The position numbers were made by a program, and so were the translations under genes. Below, piece by piece: positions 24,756-36,166 of a DNA stretch of 64,000 nt (the stretch's first letter is position 1; each line of letters opens with the position of its first letter). The notes beneath the pieces were generated by a model. It was not told the origin of the DNA. It searched no databases and saw nothing but the letters and a program-made list of their open reading frames with translations. The stretch lies in NCBI GenBank assembly GCA_040954595.2, contig CM082593.2:2869434-2933433 (forward strand), in the 5' to 3' direction. The DNA comes from Balanoglossus misakiensis (Eukaryota; Animalia; Hemichordata).

Positions 24756-27700
24756 TTTGCCCCAGCCTGTAAATGAAATAAACGTTGTCACGAGCACCAA
24801 TGTGTCAAGGGATAATTGGGGTAAATTTGTGAGGTCCGAGTATTAAAGGCACGCGGTCACCTATATGCAAATTTAGACAACGTTACCATGGCAATTTGAA
24901 ATCTAGCCAAAGACTGGTTGACAATCGTGTTAGGAAGCGATAAGTTCCCGGAATAAAATTACCATCAACGTTATGGTGAACCAACAACAATAACAACAAC
25001 ATCAGATCAATAAAACGCAGCAGCTGAGCCAGACGAACTAATATAGCTCCAGGGTGTGGGACAAAATCTTGCATTAATCTTCGAAATTATTTTTAACTAC
25101 ATGATGCATTCATAGCACGAATCTCATTTCAAAACGTATAACCATTTTGATTTACAAAGCACTGCGCTTGTCCCCGAGAAAGAAATTGACTCGCTTGGAA
25201 CATCAATCAAGCTTTTTAATAGGAAAGATCATCTTCGCTACATTTATATTTCATTTGATTTGTATGTGCTGTACTGTTGATACGAACAGATTTTATCTTG
25301 CCTTGTATTCGCAGGATAAAACATTAAATCGATTTTCTCACACGTACGTACGTACGCCGGGGCTTACAAAGTCCAAAGTAAAATTGATCACCGTATTGCA
25401 AATAAACGATCCAAAAACCGCCGAATTGAGAAACCAGTTTGTACTTACTTAGTGAATAGCAAGACGCACCAGGTCTGGTTAAGAGTAACAGAAACACTAT
25501 CGCGAACACATATGAAGAAAACAGCAGTGTAGTTTTCAGCTACATGTAAAGGTGTCAATAGCGATTTGAACCCTGTTTTCCGTTGGTTTGATTTCAAAAG
25601 GTGCACTGGAAGATGTTCCGTGCCTAATAAAACGCACTCGTGACGAAGACTTCAACGCGGTTTCAAATTCCGTCTGTATGAACAGTCACAGCTCAGAAAG
25701 CCCGTCGGGAATGCGTGTATGATCAAAACATCCAATTTCCAACTTCTTCATCTGTTAGGGGAAAACTTAAGCCATAACTGTATCTCCAGGTGTCGTTTGG
25801 GAATATTTCACGATGATTGCTGGGTATGGAGTCGATGCAGTCCCACTTCTTGGGTTGTTGGTTGAGTTATATCGATGTTGTACAGACTGAACAAGCCCTT
25901 TTACGTGTGACGTCGTCATACCACGTGCTGTACGGACTGATTACTCGGCGTATAGACTATGCCTCGTTGTGTTGACCTCTGCCGTGAAGCTGATCAGCGC
26001 CAGTCAAGCATTTACTGAAGTGCTGAGTCGGTGGTATTACAAGCGCTGGGTCGTATTACAGAGGCAGTTTTTTTTCTCCCAACCGAGCTTTTCTCCCCGC
26101 TGACTGCTTTATAATGGGGGCGATATATAGAGCTCACGTCATGCTCCACCAAGCCAAGATGATGCTAATATGTAAGGGATTGTGGGAACACGTCAGATGG
26201 AACAAGATTCCATGTCGGGGGGGGGGGGGGGGTGATATTGGGTTTTGTTAACCTCAACATTGTTATTCAGAGACACATATTTTGCTCAGTTGTTATGACA
26301 CTGAGGATAAAACGGTTTCCCAAAAAATCGGGCGTGGGATGGCATGAACGATATACGTGTGTCCAATGAAAATAATGAATATCTGATTATTCTGAGAGAG
26401 AAAAAAATTACCCCCTTCCCAAATAGCTTGTTCTACTACCTGGACAGCTTATCCTCAAACGCGTGATTATCGTGAGAGAACGCCTCTTATTGAAAACTGA
26501 ATTCAGATGTGAATATTCGCTATCCGATTTAGAAAATGCTTGCATAGAAATTCATAGCTCTATTATCCAGTATTGCATTTTCTCGAGAAATTCGGGATAA
26601 GGCGAGAAGATTGTCCCAATTATAAGTTAAAAATTTCCTTCTTAGCCAAGAGCAATAGATCAGACCAGCTGTGGCCCAGACGAGCAAGAAACTGTTCGAA
26701 TTTATTGTCCCATATTTCTTACTTTAAAGACGTCAATTAATTATCTGTTATCAAACAAAGGCATTTAATGGCGTTTCAAATTAATTAACCCTTTGCGAAT
26801 TTTGACAACTGTATCTATTTTAATGAACTCGCCACTCGTTAGTGTGAATTTCCGTGTTGTACTCATATTCTTCTGTGTCGCCCACTACAGGTGTTTTCAA
26901 TCAATACATCTTCTCAATCTTACATGAACAGTAATTGTAGCTCTCGCTGTTGGCGCACGGCGAGCTAGCGGTACCCCTTTTTGCGTCTTTGTTTGTTTGG
27001 TCGGACGACTTTGCCACTTAACAAAAGGCTGACTTTTCCAATTACAGACTCCATCTGCCTAGTCTCGTCTGCATGTACGGCGACTGTTCAACTCCCCCAC
27101 TATCAATGCAAAGCCCGCGGCAACGGTGACGGCAATCAACATTTACAATTCGATGGCTACGATGAAATGATAGATTGTCTCAGTATCGAGTCACTTTCAC
27201 TGCGGCTACTGATAGCGGGAAAATGAAAAACGGAAATGCGATCGGCGCTGTTTCTTGCTTAACAAGCTGTACTGCAGTTCCTGCCTGCAATTTGTGACAT
27301 CGAGAAAATTTCGGCGGGTAATTGCCTTTTTCCAGAAGCCATTTATTTTAGCTGTAATTACGACAAACAGCAGTCTCTCTTTTCTGATCATTTCAGCAAA
27401 CTCGGAAAAGTGGGTCCGCGGCAATTTTCTCTAAAAAATTACTACTCAGTACATATACCAGGCATATCTGCAGGGGTTGTGTTCTAATTCACGCGCCAAG
27501 TTCATGCATCCTAGTTTCTTAACCTAACAAATGGGACAATATCAGACATTATGGCGTGTCACTAACTTAAAGACACGTCTCTTTGTTTACCGTTTGTGGA
27601 ATGGACGAAATCCTCAACAGAGAATATTTCTATCAAATTTATCATTATTCCCCTTCAAGTGCCTTGTATGTTGGTACATGTACACCACAATTGCACGTAT

Positions 27701-29907
27701 AGTCAAGTGTCTGTAACAACACATGTACAGCTAAACTCTTTCTCTGTCAATCCACTTAACATTCTCTTGGGATATCCCCTATGAAAGAGACGTTCCTATC
27801 GCAACATCAATCAGAGCTTCGCAATTACTAGACCAAATGAGATACAGGTGCAACGCACACAGGAATGGGTCTCTAATCTCAAATGAATAAACCTACCTAT
27901 CGTTTAAGCGACATCCCAAGCTATGGCGAGCAGTATATATAAGTAGAGTGCTTTGACACGTGCCCGATAAGTTATCACACCTATCACTTAGAGAAAGATG
28001 AAGTGGCTTTTATCCGGGATACAGAACGAATAACCAACGAGGTGGCTCACCGGATCTGACAGGTGGTATCACGTCATAGTTGCCACGCGGTACGCAGAGA
28101 TAGACACAACGTGCGTTCAGCGACCACGTTGTGCTGAAAATTCTCTGTGATGGGTATAGCCTTTTCTACATGGTGTCGTATGTTCGTAACACGAATCAGG
28201 TCGTAAAAATCGTGCTTTTAGTTTCTCTATAATTGCGTTCACGTTTCTCGCGCACACTCGTGTAAACCGATCTCACTGCAAATTATCCGGCCTCTAAAAG
28301 GGAACAGAAATCTTCAGAAGCCTTTAATAAGACGAACCTCCAAGCTCCGATTATCTCTTGCAAATCGGGTCTGCTATTAAAACTGCAGAGTGCTTTTCAA
28401 AAGACCGCTTTGGGTAAGGGAGCTTTCGTTCATTGTTGTGTAATGTGTATTTACTTCAAATGCCAGGAACGGGTACCGGGAAGGGGAGGTTAAAATGGCA
28501 TGGATCCCTAACTAACAACGGGGAAATTCAATCTTTGAACTACGAATCAGTTAATTTGCAATTCTGTTGTGACAACGACAGTGGAGGAACTATGACGCAA
28601 ACAATCACTGAGAGTATCTCAAGCGTAATCATGTACTCGTATGACACCAGATTTATAGTCTCTGCGCCAACAACCACGACTGAGACAAAATTGCAATGCC
28701 TTCAACATGAACATTAGCTTTTCATTATGCCGCCTAAATTATTCAAGTCTTTAAAAGTAAAAGTATATAGAGTTTCCAGTGTCTTTTCCCAAATCTACGA
28801 CTTCCACTGTTATACGATATGTTCAGCGGGACACCGCGGACAGGCGTCTTTCATTATTTAAGTATTGCGTAGGATTGTATGTCAGCTGAAATAGATACAA
28901 CTAGTGTATACACGTATATGCAGTTAGTGTTCTTGGTAAACAAATATTTTGTTTTCATGGGAAAGAAGAAAGCACGAAACGTGGATAAAGAAATGACTAT
29001 TGTCTTGTGCCAGCGTGTACTGTGTTAGTATGTACAACGTACTCTAGCATCTTCATGCAAGGACCGCTGAATTTTATTCCCTTCCGTGCAATACCATCAA
29101 AATTCCGAACAACTGAACCGTTATATTGAAACTTGATCCATTAACACGTTTTATTTTAACGAACTCTCCATATCGACTTGGTGTTGACTCCTCGCTATTG
29201 TGACCCCCCCTTATAATTACATGAAGTCGTTAAATATAGTGAGTTTAACTGCGCACCTACTTCGCCAAATCGCTCTATCTTGTCAATGACGAACGTGTCA
29301 TCGCGCGAGTTCGCGTAATGTCTCCGCGCAGGTGAAAGACTTTGCCACTTGAAAGCATCTCCGGTCATTAGATCGCTCAGAATGTTGACTCCAGAACACC
29401 GAAGACTATCGCCCCTGGCTGAATCATCCTCTGGGGGTCACAGACGCCAACAACGCGCATTGCATTTGTACAGCAGCACAAACCGAACCGCTAATTCAAT
29501 CATCTCCTCCAGTATTTGCTTTAAAAGCCCTTTCCCCCCGATGCTATATACAAATCACAGGAAATTAAAACAATAGATCTTCGCTACCGTTGAAGGTCAA
29601 CACTCGCGTGTCTCGAGAAGACGACGGATCTCTAAAATTTCCACAATCAAAATAATCATTAAACTGTCAGACTTCGTATAAATGACGGAATTTGAGACAA
29701 TTGTGTTCGACAATGGCTTAAGAAAAGTGGAAACATGCTTGTAATATGAGCCCACCGTGTTTTAGCTTGTAAAGCTCATCTTGTATGGGCGAAATTTAAT
29801 CCCGTATACCTGGCGGCGACCATTTCATCAGTGGCATTCGATTACCTCAACGTGTACTACACTGTGACATCATCATGATAAAAAAATACTTGTTTGTTGC
29901 GCTGAAA

Positions 29908-30459
29908 CTTGTTGTAAAACAAGAAGCGATATTATCCAATGTGATACGTCAAAGAGACCCATAAATTTTATTTACCAGGCGTGTGAACCTGGTTTGTCTC
30001 TAAGATAAAACCCGCCAGCCGACAGGTACTGTAAAAAAATTAAATCAACAGCATTGAAAATTACCGTCGCAATGACAGGGACGTCGGGCAAAAGGCAAAC
30101 TAGACAGGGCGGTATGCAAAGTCACCTAAATTTGTTGTTTCTACCTTATTCCCATGTTATTTCAAAACAAAGTCTGTCAAACCTTGTTGTAAAACAAGAA
30201 GCGATATTATCCAATGTGATACGTCAAAGAGACCCATAAATTTTATTTACCAGGCGTGTGAACCTGGTTTGTCTCTAAGATAAAACCCGCCAGCCGACAG
30301 GTACTGTAAAAAAATTAAATCAACAGCATTGAAAATTACCGTCGCAATGACAGGGACGTCGGGCAAAAGGCAAACTAGACAGGGCGGTATGCAAAGTCAC
30401 CTAAATTTGTTGTTTCTACCTTATTCCCATGTTATTTCAAAACAAAGTCTGTCAAACCT
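29908..30459. repeat. 275-bp direct tandem duplication (two copies)
   Basis: 29908-30182 is repeated at 30183-30457. The ORF-track peptides starting at 30054 and 30329 begin identically and are offset by 275. Confidence 0.95.
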
Positions 30460-33169
30460 ACTTTCGCCGGCTATTTACAGAAGCTCACTGCATCGACTGC
30501 TGACGGCGAATGCTCTCTATAATGGTCCCCCGGCGTCTTCGCTCAATACTAGTTCTTTCCGCACTGAATTTAAAGGCCGACGATCGTCTAATATGCGCAT
30601 GTGCGTAATTTCATGTGTACAAACATTACGTCCAATCCAAATGTTGAACGAAAAATACGGTTTCATCATCATATCTGAAATCTCACAGTTTGGTTGTTTA
30701 TATTTACCTGGAGCCTTATGATTCCAGCACAGAACGGCTTAAATGGTTTTGACTCAACTCGCTCTAGAGACAAAAGTAATCACTTTACAAAGTCACAAAG
30801 TTGCACTGGGATCATTTCCTGATTCCCCAGTTCAATTTTCTAAAGTAACAAAGTATGTCAGCGAATCCTCCCGCACACCTGAACGAACACGAGTTCTTCC
30901 ACGCTTCGATCGTTCTCATTAATTAAACACCTTCTATATGCACGAGAGACGAGGTATCGGTGAGGAGATATTCGAGTTTCTTTGCAAAAAAAATCCTCAG
31001 GCGATTTTTGAGCGTGAACTAGCCAGTGGTATCCATTTACTCCGGAAGTGGATTTAGGTGACGATTCTTAAATTTTTCACTTAATTATCTCCCTGGCATG
31101 TTGGGGAGATTGACACTGCGCATTTAATCCTGTTCAAGAGAGCCAAAAATCATGGAAAAGTCACCATGACGATAACTCAATAATGAGCCCATAATAGAAC
31201 AATTTTCCCAAGCGTATGATTTGGCCTGTCGTTTTCGTTCTGGTATTATTAACTAATGGAGGTATAAATAATGGCAGAGGCTTATTACATTCACGGAACG
31301 GACAAATTGGGAGGAAATTGGCAAATTAATGACAAATGAGCAGAATTGTGATGAATTGTCACACGTCATGGTTCTGACAATAAAGCGAGTAAAACCTGTC
31401 AATCCGCTGTTAGGTAACGGTGCTTTTGGACCTGGTAACACATGACAAATTCCTGGCATATACTCACCGTCGTGAAACGGATACCGCCTGAAATCGTCGT
31501 TTAGACAGCTTTGATCGAGTTGTGCCGAGCTCTTTATCTTGTTCTATTCGATAATGACGAGCGTGTCGAGGTTCGTCCAAGAGGGACCGCGGTTCGTCGT
31601 ACATGTACTTTGATACGAGACTATATAGTACTCAGACGAGAGTAAATGTTGTTTGTGCCGGAGACTGAAATTCAATGAAGCGTTATCACATCTGCCTTGT
31701 CGGTAGTCATCGGTGACAAAATGTGGTTTACTGTTTGTTACAGGGATGTTGGAATCTTACATTTCAGCAAGTTATCTGTTCGTACACTGTGTCCCTCCGT
31801 ATTTCAAACAATCACATTAGCGCTATAAACTAATGTAAGGTGTTAGTAGTTCAAGGGTCACCCAATACCGGAGAAGGTGTTTAATCTCGCAAGTTCGTTC
31901 ACTTGGTTTAATTTGATCTCATCGATAAAAAATAATTGGGGAACTGCTAAAAAAGTGAAGCCGTCGGTATCTTTGAACTACCGATCGTTTGTACTTCACA
32001 GCGGAGCGATAATGAACCTATGTCACCGTGCCACGGATACGTGCCTCTAACCAGATGTAAGAAATGATCAAGACGGTTCCCTGTCTCACCCTGTACTATA
32101 TTGCTGACCTGTTAGCGACAAACGCCGCAATATCACGACCAGATAAACATTTCATGCTTGTGTGGGCTCGTTATTACCGCGTTTCATGGCTAGTTTGTGT
32201 ATCAGTTCTCTAATGAGGCCAGTTTTTCTCAATGTCATCAAGCGGAAAATCTATTTTTTTTTGCACGTCACATTCTTAACGTTTAAACACTCTCCGAGTC
32301 GTCAGCACAGAAAATCGACGGCTGTGCATTAACCAACCATGATTTAATAATTGGATGAATAATGGCTAAATAATTCCCGTGGAAATGTCCCACCTGCTGG
32401 GCATTGTCATCGTATAGATGTGTTTTGAAACATTTTTTCAAAGCAAGCAATATTGTGAACGCAAACCGCTCTTTCATTACTAGTAAAATTTCTACTCATT
32501 CGCCCAAACTAAATTATTCAATTCTCGCCAGTGTTAGAAACGACAACATGCCTATAAAATACATTAAAATTTGAAGACTAAATGTTTTAGTATTATCCTG
32601 CGAACAATAAATTAGGCCCCTGGCAAATAATACATAAAATTTGTATTTAATATTTTATACTCAATCAACAGAGCGTTTCTCATTTCTATACATACATCAA
32701 TCAGTACATGATCAGAATTTGCTTATGATGAATAGATCTTCCGTTCGTTGCTAGATCTCGCGAGATTGGGATGTTAGTATCTCCATTACCGATAAAACTT
32801 TAATCACACTAGGCCTATAGCATGGCAAACCATGAATAAAATATTTAAAAATTACAGTCGGATTCATCAATAAATGTTTATTATATACACGTATATCTCT
32901 TCAGCGAACATCCACAAACACTTGAACTATCTGACGGCGGATGGCACTCAGTCGTTTTATAGGAAGCCCAACGATGACGTTGTGTTTATGGCGTTCGTGC
33001 CAATCGCGGGCTGTTTTTGGAACGGTATTTACTCGACATCGCAGATTATCCAACTCGACACATCAACTCTGGTGAGAAACCAGTCCCGCATTCACTAAGC
33101 TTTGTAGAGGACATACGGGCCACAATCAACTGACGACAGAACTTGACAGCGAAGAGACAGTGCTTCAAA

Positions 33170-34796
33170 ATGCAACGACGTGATTCATTTTGTGCGGGAA
33201 TATTTCTGGTTGCAAGACTTTTCATGTGTCTAGAATTTGGCCAAGCACAGACTCAGAGTAAGTACATGTGACACCCGTTTTATATTATTACAATGTGGTT
33301 TGTGTGATACTGTTTTCCTGCGAGTCTTCTGATATGCTTCTTTTCATGCAATGCATACTTCACTGACGTCAAAATAATTAAAAATTAACATTTCTTTGTT
33401 TCACTTTCAGTCGAAAGCTACCAACACCAGTTGGTCGAAGACTTGTTGAAAAATTATGATAAAAACGTGCGGCCGGTGAAAAATGTGTCAACGCCAAGCT
33501 TGGTTATGTTTGGAATTTCGCTTACCCAAATCATTGAGTTGGTAAGTTTATGTTCCATGTATAAACGCGCTGAGAGATTTGCCAATCGTTTCCACGAAAA
33601 AGCTTGAATTTCATTAATGAACCAACTCTTACTAGACCCCAGATGCATAGATTATACATTATCATCCTTAATGTCACTCTCTTTCAGAACATGAAGGAAC
33701 AACACATTACTGTAAGCATGTGGCGAAAGACTGTAAGTACCAGCAAGCTAAACTTTTTAGTCATGTAAAAGACGTTCATGTGAACTTTTATAGCTGATTG
33801 TTGAGGGCGCTTTGTCGAATTGAAAGAGCCCACGCTCAAGCAGACAGTTTTAACCCTTGATTTTTCTCTTTTCATTCAGACCTGGATTGACGAATTCCTG
33901 AAGTGGAATATCTCCAAATACGATGGTATCGAGTATACATACATTCCGGTATCGCAGATATGGGTCCCGGATGTCACTTTGTACAACAAGTAAGACTTGC
34001 ATCTAATTAAAGTATACTACTGTTCACTATCTTATAGTAACCCACACACAGGGCTGAAGAAATCAGCAAATACAGAGAGGTGGGGGGGGATTTAGTCGCG
34101 AGACAGAGCTGGATAGACAGAAACTTTTGCAGACAGACAGACAAAGGAGGAACAAGGAGAATAGACTGTGGTCCGCATCAGTAGAACTACATAAATGTCA
34201 TTTGTATGAAAAAGTAAAATGTGATTTTACTTTTAAATTTCAGCATCAAAGGATATTTAGTAGACGACGTGTATGCGGTTGTATCCTACAACGGTTCTGT
34301 GACGTACAGACTCAATGACGTCACCCAGACCAGTTGTTCCTTGAATTTGCTTTACTTCCCCTTTGACCGGCAAGAGTGCACGCTGAACTTCGGCTCGTGG
34401 GCGTACAACGTGCGGCACATCAACGTCTTCCCCGGCGTTGAGGCCAACGACACCTCGTCGTACGTGAAGAACGGGGAGTGGGTCTTGATCAGTTTGTTGT
34501 TCGAGTACCACTTGGAGAACTACTCGCGGTTTGAAGAGCCCTATAGCATGCTCTCGTTCACCATCACCATACAGCGCATGCCCCAGTACTACATCTTCAA
34601 CCTCCTGGTGCCCAGCGTCATCCTCTCCATGCTGATGCTGGTCACCTTCTGTCTGCCGCCCGAGTCCGGGGAGAAGATCGCCCTCTGCATCACGAATTTG
34701 CTGGCTTTGGTGGTCTTCCAGCAGCTGGTGATGCAGATGATGCCGCCATCCTCCGGAACAACGCCTTATATTGGTAAATGTTCGAATACATTTACA

Positions 34797-34873
<77 letters not shown>

Positions 34874-35479
34874 CTTGCAATAGAAGAGCATTACTACCAT
34901 TCTGATCTATACTTTCTCTTAATTTCAGCCTACTACTTCTTAGCGATGATCACGATCACTGCCATTTCTTGTGGTATGACGGTCTGGGTGCTGTCTCTCT
35001 TCCACCACAATATCCATCCGCGGCCGGTGCCTGGCTGGGCTCGCCAACTTGTCTTCGGTTGTCTACAACCGTGTCTCTGCATGGGCACCGGTAACTGCGG
35101 CAAACGTTGCCGTGGAGGTCAGGGACAAGACGACAGCGAGCAGACCTACACCGTACAGCTGGTAGACGCCAACGCCCAGACCGGAGACCCAGTACACAAC
35201 GCCAGCACCGGATGCAACACGGAGAAAGCGTCACTAGACGAGAAAATATCACGACCAGTCTACAGTCGACCGAAGATTTCCGTACACACCGCGAAGAACA
35301 TCGAAAGCTTGCTAAATCATGTCAAGTACTTCTCAACAAAGTTAGACGAGAAAGAAGAATTGAATGCTATCATTTCAGAATGGAGAGAACTCGCCCGTAT
35401 CGTAGATAGGTTGTTATGTTTCATTTTTAGCATAACACTTCTCTTTATAGTTATATTCCTTATTGCAAAAATTGCATAG
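33170..35479 (+). CDS. Cys-loop ligand-gated cation channel, nicotinic acetylcholine receptor-like subunit (non-alpha by the loop-C criterion), 6 exons, ~484 aa
   Basis: Exons 33170-33257, 33411-33541, 33688-33732, 33880-33989, 34244-34773, 34929-35479 (1455 nt, phases consistent; the 45- and 110-nt exons are typical of nAChR genes). Motifs: LLKNYDKNVRPV, WVPDVTLYN, Cys-loop CSLNLLYFPFDRQECTLNFGSWAY, M1-M3 with LPPESGEK, and M4 region EWRELARIVDRL. Confidence 0.95.
34797..34873. repeat. (CAT)n microsatellite in the last nAChR intron
   Basis: About 25 CAT units between the donor at 34774 and the acceptor at 34928. Confidence 0.95.
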
Positions 35480-36050
35480 GTAGGCTACATTTATACGATA
35501 CTAGAATGGAAACGAAAATGTTATTTGATGCCAAATTTATGTAATATGACGAAGTATACACCATAGCAATAGGCTATCCGTGGCGATGATGATGAATACA
35601 CCGTCGTTTTACAGCATAATATATAACTTTAAAGCTATAGCGGATGATGTCGACGTCCGTGGATTGTAAAAATATTCGAGCTCATATTTATTTAAACCGA
35701 TATATAATTGGGAACACTTTCATTCATTTACTAAAGTTTCAATGTTTAATACAAGAGCAAACTGGCCTTTGATTTTGGTATGCGTACGATAGCAGTCAAC
35801 TAAATTGTGAAAGAAGAAGGAAATCATGGTACAGGTGGTGAGGGCGCTAGCCATCAGATATAGATTTTCCTGGAGATTAAAAAGTCAAACTCTACTCTTG
35901 GACATCAGTTTTTTATCTGTACTCCCAGAAACGCCGTGTCATTGTTAATAAGATCTGGATTACGTATTTTCTGCAGCGTTACTTGATACCAATGTTTGCG
36001 TTCTTGCGTCACGGCGCGGCGCGTCACAGGGCGTCAGAGGCCTGGCTAAT

Positions 36051-36120
36051 GTAAACATGACGTCATTTACGTTCGAGGAAAGAAGTAAAAACAATCTAAC
36101 ACGCCTATCTTATATTTACG
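36051..36120 (+). promoter_or_regulatory. Candidate promoter of the Kazal-TY gene: full CRE (TGACGTCA) plus TATA-like box
   Basis: GTAAACATGACGTCATTTAC near-palindrome with the CRE at 36058-36065, three GCGTCA half-sites at 36006-36036, and TATATTTA at 36111. The ATG is at 36167. Confidence 0.45.
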
Positions 36121-36166
36121 AACTCGCAACTTGGCGAGCATTCGCTGAAAGAACACTGACAAGAAG

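Noticed and set aside
32757-32766. TCTCGCGAGA palindrome (BANP/ZBTB33-type motif) upstream of the nAChR, also at ~5489
   Set aside because: The other copy is intronic, with no promoter context. A single short motif is not enough evidence for a functional call.
34257-34880. 207-aa antisense ORF with poly-Met
   Set aside because: Shadow of the GC-rich nAChR exon plus the microsatellite.
34774-34928. Poly-His or poly-Ser tract in the nAChR protein
   Set aside because: The (CAT)n run lies within a GT-AG intron between M2-M3 loop codons and is spliced out.
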